Below, piece by piece: positions 51,573 through 60,825 of a stretch of 64,000 bases of DNA (position 1 is its first letter; each line of letters starts with the position of its first letter). The notes beneath the pieces were generated by a model. That model had not been told where the DNA came from and ran no database searches. It worked only from the letters and a program-made list of their open reading frames with translations. The stretch covers positions 24,904-88,903 of the forward strand of contig DATHKT010000020.1 in assembly GCA_035489035.1 (NCBI GenBank), written 5' to 3'. The stretch comes from Mucilaginibacter sp. (GTDB lineage Bacteria > Bacteroidota > Bacteroidia > Sphingobacteriales > Sphingobacteriaceae). Position numbers and translations under genes: made by a program.

Positions 51573-52901
51573 TTAGTGTTTATCCTTAATATCGCGGCCC
51601 AAATAATGAGTAACGCAACGGAAACCGATGTATGATTTTGCAGTATCCTGGTATTCATAGGTACGGGTAGAATTCTGAAGGAAATAACCAACGTCTTTCC
51701 ATGATCCGCCTCTTACCACTTTACGTTTTAATACAGCAGGATCACTTGCTTTTGCTTCATATCTGAATGTTGGAGCAAGGTCATGCACAAAGGTTGATGC
51801 TGATTCATCAAATGCTGATGCTGTCCATTCGGCAACGTTGCCCGCCATATTATATAAACCATAATCATTAGGGAAATAAGAGCGAACGTTCACCGTATAG
51901 GCACCACCGTCATCGGTATAGTTACCGCGGCCTGGTTTAAAGTTGGCCATTAAGCATCCCTTAGCATTTTTGATATAAGGACCACCCCATGGGTAATCGG
52001 TACCTATCCTGCCACCGCGTGCTGCATATTCAAATTCAGCCTCGTTTGGTAATTCATAGTCCAGGCGGTGAGCCAGGTTATGTGATTCTTTGTAGTTTTC
52101 GTTATAACGTGTACGCCATGCGTTAAATGCCCTTGCCTGGCGCCATGTTACGCCCACAACAGGGTAATTACGATAAGCAGGGTGCGAAAAATAACCCTGA
52201 ACCATGGGCTCGTTGGCAGAATAAGAAAAATCGCTCAGCCAAACCAGGGTATCCGGGTAAACGGGCACGGTATCACGTACGATGAAATCAGAACGTTTTT
52301 TTGTTTTGTCATCCTTGTGATTAGCAGCATCACGCAATGACAAAAGAGAATAATTATATTTTAATAAACGTACATCCAGTTCGTTGCGGTCAAAAACCCT
52401 GTCATCGCCCTGGTAGTACATACCCTGCAATTTGGCCAAATTAGCTGCGGCGCCTTTATTGCTTCCTTTGCTACCGTAATAGGAAAGAGGATAGTGCTTT
52501 ACATAAGTCCAGTTGATATATTTTTTGCCGTTGATGCTGGCAGCAGCGCCCTTGAGAGGCTTGATGTAATATTTATCATCATTAAGGTAGTTGGTGATGG
52601 CGATAGAATCGCGCACCCAGTTTACAAACTGCCTGTATTTAGTATTGGATACCTCTGTTTCATCCATAAAGAATGCAGGGACGGTAACCTGTTTTGTTTG
52701 GGCTGTTTGCGCAAATGTTACGTCCTGATCTGTTTGTCCCATCAGGAATGAGCCTGCGGGGATATAAACCATTCCGTAAGGGACCTCGGCCCTGAATGAT
52801 CTTTGCGGTACTCCGGTAAGTTCGCCTCGGTCGCCGCCTTTGCCACAACCACCTAATATGCCGCCGGCTAAAACTAAAATTAAAAAGTATATCTGCTTCA
52901 T
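51573..52901 (-). CDS. gldK: T9SS/gliding lipoprotein GldK (PorK)
   Basis: Lipobox LGG-C; FGE-sulfatase fold motifs YPVVGVTW, LPNEAEFEYAARGG, NDYGLYNMAGNVAEW. Confidence 0.95.
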   Translation of the reverse strand: MKQIYFLILVLAGGILGGCGKGGDRGELTGVPQRSFRAEVPYGMVYIPAGSFLMGQTDQDVTFAQTAQTKQVTVPAFFMDETEVSNTKYRQFVNWVRDSIAITNYLNDDKYYIKPLKGAAASINGKKYINWTYVKHYPLSYYGSKGSNKGAAANLAKLQGMYYQGDDRVFDRNELDVRLLKYNYSLLSLRDAANHKDDKTKKRSDFIVRDTVPVYPDTLVWLSDFSYSANEPMVQGYFSHPAYRNYPVVGVTWRQARAFNAWRTRYNENYKESHNLAHRLDYELPNEAEFEYAARGGRIGTDYPWGGPYIKNAKGCLMANFKPGRGNYTDDGGAYTVNVRSYFPNDYGLYNMAGNVAEWTASAFDESASTFVHDLAPTFRYEAKASDPAVLKRKVVRGGSWKDVGYFLQNSTRTYEYQDTAKSYIGFRCVTHYLGRDIKDKH

Positions 52902-53169
52902 TTTACTATCAAAATTCAGTTATATATTTATTATAACGCAATGTGACCCACTAATATATCAAAATAGATTAATCAAAACACAAAAATGTTTTTTTATATG
53001 CAAACAATGGCCGTTTGAAGTAACAAAAATATAAATTAATAGTTTATTGTAGTAAAAAACATATTAACCTATGCTCTAATTGATTACCCTTGCCAGGTAT
53101 GCAAATATGTGGCATTATACGGCCTGCAAGTTCAAAAAGTTGCAGGCTGATTCCATAAATTACTACAAA

Positions 53170-53928
53170 TTATTTATTTACCAACTTTACATATTGCTCA
53201 ACCGCCATGGTCATTGATGGCGCGCCGGGTGTTGGTGCAGGTATATCCAAAATTAAACCCGCATCGACAACAGCTTTGTGCGTAGTTGCCCCAAAAGCGG
53301 CAATACGGGTGTTATTTTGTTTAAAATCAGGGAAGTTCTTATAAAGAGATTGAATACTGGATGGGCTAAAAAAGGCGATAACATCATAAAACACCTCGGC
53401 CAAATCAGACAGATCGCTGCAAACCGTGCGGAACAATACCGCAGGGGTAAAATTATATCCATTATCCAGCAAAAACTTTTGTGTTTCTTCGGCAGCTACA
53501 TCTGAGCATGGGTAAAGAAATCGCTCGCTTGAATGTTTTTTTAGTATTTCGGCCAGGTCGGCAGCAGTTTGCTTACCGAAAAATATTTTTCTTTTGCGGT
53601 ACTGAATATATTTTTGAAGATACAGGGCAATCGTTTCAGACAGGCAGAAGTATTTCATCTCAACTGGTACCTCAAATCTCATTTCCTCACAAATGCGGAA
53701 AAAATGGTCGGCAGAGTTCCTGCTTGTAAAAATGACAGCCGTAAAGTCAGAAAGTGTGATTTTCTCCTTGCGAAAGTCTTTAGCCGGCACACCTTCCACA
53801 TGAATAAAAGCTCTGAAATCTATCTTCAGATTATGCTTCTTTGCCAGGTCGGCATAGGGATTTTTATCATTCTCGGGTTTTGGTAAGGTAACCAGTATAC
53901 TTTTAACCTTTTTCTTTCTTTCTTCCAA
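53170..53928 (-). CDS. hemD: Uroporphyrinogen-III synthase
   Basis: VKSILVTLP, IDFRAFIHVEG, FTAVIFTSRNSADHFF, IAFFSPSSI, IAAFG motifs. Confidence 0.85.
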   Translation of the reverse strand: MEERKKKVKSILVTLPKPENDKNPYADLAKKHNLKIDFRAFIHVEGVPAKDFRKEKITLSDFTAVIFTSRNSADHFFRICEEMRFEVPVEMKYFCLSETIALYLQKYIQYRKRKIFFGKQTAADLAEILKKHSSERFLYPCSDVAAEETQKFLLDNGYNFTPAVLFRTVCSDLSDLAEVFYDVIAFFSPSSIQSLYKNFPDFKQNNTRIAAFGATTHKAVVDAGLILDIPAPTPGAPSMTMAVEQYVKLVNK

Positions 53929-53955
53929 AATGTATATTGTATAATAACCTAATTC

Positions 53956-54936
53956 CTATATGTTTAATGCCTTTATCAAAATCAAAATAGGACAAATTTC
54001 GAGGGCACAAAGATACACAAATAAATAAAATTTATGAAATAGAATGTTTGAAATGATATTTACGCTGCTGCGCAGGTACTGCCAGATAAATATGATCACT
54101 ATCAAAATAAGCGCAATAGCAAGAATATACGGGATCAGCTGGTCGGTTAGTAAGCTAAAGCATACTGCTACCGGCAGAAACACAAAGGCAATATTAAAAT
54201 AGGTGAGGTATAAAACTGACAGGTATTCGCTCACCAGCTTGTTGATATTAAAAATAAAACCGATAAACTTTAATATTAAAAATTTAAGGGCAAATAAGCC
54301 GAGAATATAAAAAGAGAGCCTGATAAAAAGCGGGAAACCGCTTATGCTGTAAAAAACGTGATTATAGGCTGCCAACTGGTATAAGAACAGGCCAAATGTT
54401 AATCCAAATAACAAAAACAAGCCGATGAATGTCCACGAATTAATGAGACCGTCCTCCCTGCTTACCTGGGTGAGCATGCGCTTGTTGTAAAACGATTGCC
54501 ATACACTTTCAAAATCCTTGCTCATGATACGATTTAAAATTGCCGTATACAGCAATAAACCGATAATGATAACGATAACCCATTGATCGCGTGTTTGGCG
54601 GCTGCGGCCTTCTTTTTGGAGACTTTTAGAGGTGGATGGGATATCCAGGAACTGGCCATTCCCTTTATACACATATTTCGTAAACAGGCTATCAACCCAT
54701 TGATTGTGGCGCGCAGGATCGGCTGGTTTGATATACATGGTTGCTAACGAGTCAGAAACAAACTGGTCGCGCGCCTGGATGGCCTGGGCTACCGAATCAA
54801 GCAGGTAAAGGTGGTCTTTCTGCCCTCCATTTGATAAAGACGTATCATTGTTTTTTAAGCCTGATGAATCTTGCTGCGCATAAGTTTTATCCGCCAGTAA
54901 AAAACAAAACAGGAAAGCCACAACAATAAAACGCAT
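53956..54936 (-). CDS. DUF4271-domain membrane protein
   Basis: Periplasmic N-terminus and multi-TM C-terminus ending KFYLFVYLCALEICP; usual neighbour of hemD. ATG 54936 preferred as start. Confidence 0.8.
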   Translation of the reverse strand: MRFIVVAFLFCFLLADKTYAQQDSSGLKNNDTSLSNGGQKDHLYLLDSVAQAIQARDQFVSDSLATMYIKPADPARHNQWVDSLFTKYVYKGNGQFLDIPSTSKSLQKEGRSRQTRDQWVIVIIIGLLLYTAILNRIMSKDFESVWQSFYNKRMLTQVSREDGLINSWTFIGLFLLFGLTFGLFLYQLAAYNHVFYSISGFPLFIRLSFYILGLFALKFLILKFIGFIFNINKLVSEYLSVLYLTYFNIAFVFLPVAVCFSLLTDQLIPYILAIALILIVIIFIWQYLRSSVNIISNILFHKFYLFVYLCALEICPILILIKALNI

Positions 54937-54967
54937 ATAGATCAGCAAGCGATTATCTAATTTCCTG

Positions 54968-54975
54968 CAAAAATA
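54968..54975 (-). promoter_or_regulatory. -7 box for DUF4271-hemD
   Basis: TATTTTTG on the minus strand, 31 nt upstream of ATG 54936. Confidence 0.5.
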
Positions 54976-55089
54976 CCGTAATAATTGGTTGTTTTATTAA
55001 ACCGTCTTTTTATTACCGCAATTTTTGAGGAGTTTTTTTTAAGACATAGTCCCGGTTGGCAATACCCAACCGGGACTATAATTACCTGA

Positions 55090-56145
55090 CTATTGTTTTT
55101 GCAAATAGCCAAAAAGACCATGTGATTCATCATTGGGGCCTGCAGTAAAAAACAAGGGATCATTAGGGTTTCCGCCTGGGGCGTTATTTTTCAGGAAATC
55201 AATGGCCCATAATCCTTCAATAACTAAAGGTTGTCCATTACTTTCCAATTGACCTTTAAATTTTCCACCCATATCAAAAACATTGATCCGGCCATCGCCA
55301 AAATTACCAATAAGGACTGATTCTGCATTGCCTGCAAATCCGGCTGGGGCAAGGGCTATACCCCATGGTGAATTAAGGGTGCCCTGGGAAGCAAAACGTT
55401 TTACCAAAACACCTTTGGGAGTAAAAATATCAACATATCCATTGCCCGGGCCCGCTTCGTCGTCCTCATTATCAGGCCCTTTTAGTTTTGCATAGGTAAC
55501 ATACAACTGACCGCCAATATTTTGAATATTAAATGGAGCAAAACCAGCAGGAATGCCAGGATCAAGAAAGGGCTTATCTGTAACGTAACCAAAATTAGCA
55601 TCGAAGACATCAATTTTGCCCCCTTTAAAATTGGCCAGGTAAAGAAGATTTGCCGATCCGTCTGTAGCCATTGCAATGCCTTTATATACCGCATTTGACG
55701 AGGACCTGTCTGCAACCTTAACCGCCGAATTACCTGAAGCCCATGCGGTAATTATTCCATCCTCCCCAGCAAAAATGAATTTATTTCCTCCAAAATCCGT
55801 GGTGCTGTTAAAAATGATCCCGGTAGGTGCACCTGCCGCACCAGGTGTGGTGGAAGGAATGGTAACGGGCGGCCTTATTGTGCTGCCTGTTTTATCATAA
55901 ATCGTACTGAGGGCTGTATGATTGGCCGATATCCATATTATCCCGGTTGGCGAAGCGGCAATACCCCAGGCATTGACTAAGGCGGTGTCAATCTTTGCAG
56001 CTCCGTACCCGGCAGTATCAGCAACGAGATTTGTTTGACTAACATTAAACTCTTCGGTAGGTTTGTGGTCTTTCTTACATGCATAAAAACAGGTGATCAT
56101 TAAAAGCGCTGCAAGCAAAACTTTAGAAGTAATTAAATTTTTCAT
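55090..56145 (-). CDS. TIGR03118-family beta-propeller lipoprotein
   Basis: Lipobox FYA-C; QTNLVAD, LVNAWGIA, PTGIIFN, FAPFNIQ, LNSPWGIA, GNFGDGRINVFD, LFFTAGPNDESHGLFG. Confidence 0.85.
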   Translation of the reverse strand: MKNLITSKVLLAALLMITCFYACKKDHKPTEEFNVSQTNLVADTAGYGAAKIDTALVNAWGIAASPTGIIWISANHTALSTIYDKTGSTIRPPVTIPSTTPGAAGAPTGIIFNSTTDFGGNKFIFAGEDGIITAWASGNSAVKVADRSSSNAVYKGIAMATDGSANLLYLANFKGGKIDVFDANFGYVTDKPFLDPGIPAGFAPFNIQNIGGQLYVTYAKLKGPDNEDDEAGPGNGYVDIFTPKGVLVKRFASQGTLNSPWGIALAPAGFAGNAESVLIGNFGDGRINVFDMGGKFKGQLESNGQPLVIEGLWAIDFLKNNAPGGNPNDPLFFTAGPNDESHGLFGYLQKQ

Positions 56146-56364
56146 TGGTATATATAATTTAAGGTTAATAAACTATATGTAAGATTTAGTATTGGGTTAT
56201 TTTTAAATTTTTCCTGATCGCATTTCCTCCTTTTTTTATTTAACTGACAATGAGCACAAAGCATGCTTTTAACCTACACGAATGAATTTATAAAAAGGTT
56301 GCCCCTTGGTAAAAAAAATTAATATGAAAGAAATAAATGTTGGGATTATTTAAATGTATCCAGA

Positions 56365-56394
56365 GCAGGGGCGATGTTAAGACGCAAGCCCTAC
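56365..56394. repeat. Degenerate GTAGGG(C)-type REP palindrome downstream of the encapsulin operon
   Basis: GCAGGGGCG...GCCCTAC; imperfect pairing. Confidence 0.35.
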
Positions 56395-56412
56395 AAGGGA
56401 TTTATCCGATGA

Positions 56413-57243
56413 TCAGGCACTCTGGTTAACAGTCTGCTGCTTTACATCTATCCTTAACTGGTGAGTATTAAATACATTGGAGTATGGACTCACACTTTTG
56501 GTTAAAAATACACTCCCGCCGATAATGCTGTCGTGTCCGATAACCGTATATCCGCCCAAAATAGTGCTGCGGGCGTAAATAATTACATTATCCTCAACCG
56601 TAGGGTGCCGCTTGGTAGCTGATAGGTTCTTATTCACCTGCGATGCGCCCAGTGTTACCCCCTGGTAAATACATACATTTTTGCCGATGATGCTGGTAGC
56701 GCCGATAACAATGCCGGTACCATGATCTATGGTGAACGGAACACCAATAGTGGCATTAGGGTGGATATCAACCCCGGTTTTGCCGTGGGCGTGCTCGCTC
56801 AAAATACGTGGCAAAATGGGAATTTGCAATTGCGACAACCGGTTTGCTATGCGATAAACGGCAATGGCGTAAAAGCCGGGATATGACACGATCACTTCGT
56901 GGATGCTGGTTGCGGCAGGATCATTCTCGTGTATCTTACTGGCGTCCTGCCGCAAATTTTCATAAATAACATCCAGCGATTCATAAAATTCATTAACCGT
57001 ATTTTCTATGTCGACCGTATTTGGGTCGAGATAACTCAGCAACAGGTTTTCAAGGTCGATCTGGTTCTTCTTCAGCCGGCCTATGTAAGTTGACAGCTTA
57101 TTCAAATGATTATCCGGGAACAGGAATTCGATCAGGTCGCTCAGCCACAATACCGCCTGCTGATTGGAAGGTGTGGCCTCCCATTCAGCTTTGTGCGTTT
57201 TATGCAGCAGATCAATAAATTCCTGTATCCTCCCGTTGCTCAT
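56413..57243 (-). CDS. cysE: Serine O-acetyltransferase (CysE/EpsC type)
   Basis: DPAA, YPGFYAIAVYRIA, TGVDIHP.ATIG...IDHGTGIVIG, YQGVTLGA, KRHPT hexapeptide fold. Confidence 0.9.
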   Translation of the reverse strand: MSNGRIQEFIDLLHKTHKAEWEATPSNQQAVLWLSDLIEFLFPDNHLNKLSTYIGRLKKNQIDLENLLLSYLDPNTVDIENTVNEFYESLDVIYENLRQDASKIHENDPAATSIHEVIVSYPGFYAIAVYRIANRLSQLQIPILPRILSEHAHGKTGVDIHPNATIGVPFTIDHGTGIVIGATSIIGKNVCIYQGVTLGASQVNKNLSATKRHPTVEDNVIIYARSTILGGYTVIGHDSIIGGSVFLTKSVSPYSNVFNTHQLRIDVKQQTVNQSA

Positions 57244-57248
57244 TCTTA

Positions 57249-59672
57249 TTAATTTTTATGCCCGCCTTTTAAGCGGTGTAAAGTGAGTACCATGGTATCG
57301 ATATCGGCACAGGTATTATAAAAAGCCAATGATGGCCTTACAGTAGTTTCCTGTCCAAACCTTCGCAAAATAGGCTGCGCACAATGATGGCCTGAACGTA
57401 CCGCTATACCTTCCTGGTTTAACGCCGCGCCAACTTCTTCGGTATGGAAACCATCCAGCACAAAAGATAGCACACTGGCCTTGTCAGGCGCGGTACCAAT
57501 CAAATGCAATCCCGGCACCTGTTCCAGCAACCCGGTGGCGTATACCAACAGGTAATGCTCATATTGTGATATCAGATCGATGCCAATTTTGGTGACATAA
57601 TCTATAGCTGCGCCCAAGCCTACCGCGTCTGCTATATTGCCTGTACCGGCTTCAAAGCGTAGCGGGGCGTTATGATATTGGGTATATTCAAAAGTTACAT
57701 CTTTGATCATATTACCCCCACCCTGCCATGGCTGCGTTTCGTTCAACAGGTCTTCTTTGCCATATAGCACGCCAATACCTGTCGGACCGAAAATTTTATG
57801 TCCGGAGAAGACAAACCAATCGGCATCCAGCGCACGTACATCTACCCGCATATGCGAAACAGATTGCGCGCCATCTACCAATACCTTTGCCCCGGCCTGG
57901 TGTGCCATGTCAATAATTTGCCTGGCTGGCGTGATGGTGCCTAAAGCATTTGATACCTGTGAAAATGAGACCAGCTTAGTTTTCGGTCCTAATAATTTGG
58001 AATATTCGCTCAATATCACCTGTCCATCATCATCAACAGGGATCACTTTGATCTTGAGCCCTTTTTTAGCCGCCAGCTGCTGCCAGGGAACTATATTGGC
58101 ATGATGCTCCAGGTGGCTCAGTATGATCTCATCACCGGCATTTAAATATTGTTCGCCCCAACTTTTGGCCACCAAGTTGATGGCTTCGGTTGCCCCGCGC
58201 ACAAATATGATCTCGTTGAACGAGCCTGCGTTTAAAAATGCCTGCACCTTTTTCCTGGCATCTTCATAAGCATCGGTCGCCCGTGCAGCCAATTCGTGCG
58301 CTGCACGATGGATGTTGGAATTCTCATGCTCATAAAAATAACTGATCCGGTCGATCACCTGCCTCGGTTTTTGGGTGGTCGCCGCGTTATCCAGCCAGAT
58401 CAAAGGCTTACCGTTCACCCTTTCCTGCAGTATCGGGAAATCCAGTTTAATGCGGTTGACATCGAATGCTTGACCATTATTATCCTTAAACTCCTTTTGA
58501 ACCAAATCGGAGGCTTCCGGGGTAGACCTGAAATTGCTCTTCTCATTCAAAAAATAAAATCCCGACCCGGATGGGGGCGTAAAAGGTAATTGCTGACCCG
58601 GAAAGGTGGTGGTAATATTTTTTAATACACTTAACAATTCCGTATCAAAAGGTTGCTCCGATTGATAAGGTAATGTTTGCAGTGATGAAGGCAACGCGTA
58701 ATTATTACCGGTGTGTAAAGGCGTTTTTCCGTCAAAGCCGGGGAAGAAATTAATATTCTCCAGGTAAGAGGAAAAACCTTTAAAATCCGTTGAATAGGGT
58801 GATGCCGGGGCCGCAGTACTGGTGGTGTTTTGAGTTTGTGCAGGTTTGCTTCCGCCGCTGGTATTATGCGGATCGGGAAAGCTGGTTTGCGGGTTTTTCA
58901 GGTCGACCGCGTTTTTCTGATCGATAGCTGAAGGCGATATCCCGCTCCCGGCAACTGATTGGGGTACATTACCCAACCCGGTGCTGTTTGATCCGGGTAA
59001 ATTGGGCTGCGAACCATTGATATCCACTGCTTTGCCTTTATCACTGGCCGATGGCGATATACCGCTGCCTGCTACGGACTGAGGGATATTACCCAAACCC
59101 TGGTTGTTAGGATCAGGCAGACTTGTTTGCGGATTTTTTAGGTCGACAGCGTTTCCTTGTTCAGCAGCTGAAGGCGATATGCCACTGCCCGCTACCGACA
59201 CCGGAATTTTACTGGAACCTAAATGATTGAATTCAGGCAAGCCCAGTTTCGGATCACGCAGGTCTATTGCACTGGAATAGTTAGTTAACGATGGTGAAAC
59301 ACCAAGCCCACCCATTGATGGTGGAACTTTACCCATGCCTATGGATTCAGGCGATAGTAAAACAGCCTGTTCGTACGGCAAACCAACGCCGCTCAAATTA
59401 TTGGCATAGGACGGTGATATCCCGCTGCCCGCAACGGATGAAGGGATATTACCCAAGCCCAAAGCATTTACACCGGGCAACTCATGGGGCGCCTTGTCGA
59501 AATTAAAGCTGCTGTAATGCGGCAATGACTCCGGGCTCTGCGGTTGCTGGCCAAACTGCCGGGCACTTAAATCTATAGGCGGATCTCCCGGAAGCAATGA
59601 AAAAAACTGGTTGGCCAGTTTCTCCAATGCACCCAGATCAGGCAAGCCGCCGGGGAAATCATTTGTACTCAT
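57249..59672 (-). CDS. Family 2A encapsulin cargo cysteine desulfurase (SufS class) with a long disordered, repeat-containing N-terminus
   Basis: C-terminal ~400 aa: WLDNAATTQKP, PLP lysine FSGHK, catalytic RSGHHCA. N-terminal ~400 aa is Pro/Ser/Gly-rich with LEKLANQFFS and FYFL motifs. Confidence 0.93.
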   Translation of the reverse strand: MSTNDFPGGLPDLGALEKLANQFFSLLPGDPPIDLSARQFGQQPQSPESLPHYSSFNFDKAPHELPGVNALGLGNIPSSVAGSGISPSYANNLSGVGLPYEQAVLLSPESIGMGKVPPSMGGLGVSPSLTNYSSAIDLRDPKLGLPEFNHLGSSKIPVSVAGSGISPSAAEQGNAVDLKNPQTSLPDPNNQGLGNIPQSVAGSGISPSASDKGKAVDINGSQPNLPGSNSTGLGNVPQSVAGSGISPSAIDQKNAVDLKNPQTSFPDPHNTSGGSKPAQTQNTTSTAAPASPYSTDFKGFSSYLENINFFPGFDGKTPLHTGNNYALPSSLQTLPYQSEQPFDTELLSVLKNITTTFPGQQLPFTPPSGSGFYFLNEKSNFRSTPEASDLVQKEFKDNNGQAFDVNRIKLDFPILQERVNGKPLIWLDNAATTQKPRQVIDRISYFYEHENSNIHRAAHELAARATDAYEDARKKVQAFLNAGSFNEIIFVRGATEAINLVAKSWGEQYLNAGDEIILSHLEHHANIVPWQQLAAKKGLKIKVIPVDDDGQVILSEYSKLLGPKTKLVSFSQVSNALGTITPARQIIDMAHQAGAKVLVDGAQSVSHMRVDVRALDADWFVFSGHKIFGPTGIGVLYGKEDLLNETQPWQGGGNMIKDVTFEYTQYHNAPLRFEAGTGNIADAVGLGAAIDYVTKIGIDLISQYEHYLLVYATGLLEQVPGLHLIGTAPDKASVLSFVLDGFHTEEVGAALNQEGIAVRSGHHCAQPILRRFGQETTVRPSLAFYNTCADIDTMVLTLHRLKGGHKN
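58860..59470 (-). repeat. Five in-frame 120-bp (40-aa) tandem repeats inside the desulfurase N-terminus
   Basis: Equivalent positions at 58930, 59050, 59170, 59290 and 59410; consensus (G)LGN(I/V)PxSVAGSGISPS. Confidence 0.9.
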
Positions 59673-60576
59673 AATAATTTCCTATTTCTACATCTTCCAA
59701 TACAGCAATAGCATCATCAACCAAAACGGCCAGCGAGCAATACAGCGAAACCAAATATGAAGCAATCGCTTTATTATTGATGCCCATAAAGCGCACAGAT
59801 AACCCGGGGGTTTGTTCACCCGGTAATCCCGGCTGGAAAAGACCAACCACACCCTGGCGGCTTTCGCCTGTGCGGATCAATAAAATTTTGGTTTTACCGC
59901 CCACGATCGGCACTTTATCCGATGGGATCAGTGGGATACCGCGCCAGGTTAAAAACTGGGAACCAAACAGGGAAACTGTTGGCGGTGGTACGCCCCTACG
60001 GGTACATTCGCGACCAAAAGCGGCTATTGCTAACGGATGAAGCAGGAAAAATCCCGGCTCTTTCCAAACTTTAGTGATCAGGTCGTCCAGGTCGTCAGGA
60101 GTTGGTGAACCGTTACGCGCTTTTATATGCTGCGATGGTGCGATGCTGTTTAACAGTCCATACTCTTTGTTATTGATCAGCTCACTTTCCTGTCTTTCCT
60201 TTACAATTTCAATCGTAAGGCGCAATTGTTCGCTGATCTGGTTATAAGGCTTGCTGTACAGGTCGGATACACGGGTATGCACATCCAGTACCGTATTTAC
60301 CGCGCTCAGGTTATACTCGCGCGGATTTTCTATATAATCCACAAAGGTTGAGGGCAGTGTTTTTTCATCGCGTGATGAGCAATCCACTTCTACATTCTCT
60401 TCATTTTTTACCTTGTTCAGGCGATATACACCTGATTCTACAGGTATCCAGCTCATTAAATGAGTGAGCCACCGTGGGCTAATAATGTCTAACTGCGGTA
60501 CGGTACGTGTGGCGATTGCCAGCTGCCTCGCGGCTACATCGCCAAGAGCTGTTTGTTTGGGTTTCTGTTCGGCCAT
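59659..60576 (-). CDS. Family 2A encapsulin shell protein (SrpI-like)
   Basis: ALGDVAARQLA..T.TVPQL..ISPRWL, VHTRVSDLYS.PYNQI.EQLRL, PTPDDLDDL, FLTWRG.PLIPSDK; 305 aa with no cNMP insertion; overlaps the desulfurase start by 14 bp. Confidence 0.93.
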   Translation of the reverse strand: MAEQKPKQTALGDVAARQLAIATRTVPQLDIISPRWLTHLMSWIPVESGVYRLNKVKNEENVEVDCSSRDEKTLPSTFVDYIENPREYNLSAVNTVLDVHTRVSDLYSKPYNQISEQLRLTIEIVKERQESELINNKEYGLLNSIAPSQHIKARNGSPTPDDLDDLITKVWKEPGFFLLHPLAIAAFGRECTRRGVPPPTVSLFGSQFLTWRGIPLIPSDKVPIVGGKTKILLIRTGESRQGVVGLFQPGLPGEQTPGLSVRFMGINNKAIASYLVSLYCSLAVLVDDAIAVLEDVEIGNYYEYK

Positions 60577-60799
60577 TGGAGTAAGTGATTTAAGTATTTA
60601 GCTATAAATGATGGTTCAAGATATGATTAAAGTGCCTTGCATTAATTAACAGTTAACTTCTATTTTTTAACATTTAAATCCATTTTATCTGTTCTACAAG
60701 TATACTATATTAATTCTATAGATTTTATATACTAATGAAAAAATATTTTCAAATTTTTTATCAACCCTAATAAAATTATCCTTTTGATCGCTGTTAGCT

Positions 60800-60807
60800 T
60801 ACTTTTG
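60800..60807 (+). promoter_or_regulatory. -7 box of hemW
   Basis: TACTTTTG, 18 nt upstream of ATG 60826. Confidence 0.55.
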
Positions 60808-60825
60808 CGGTGTAATCTAAAACTA

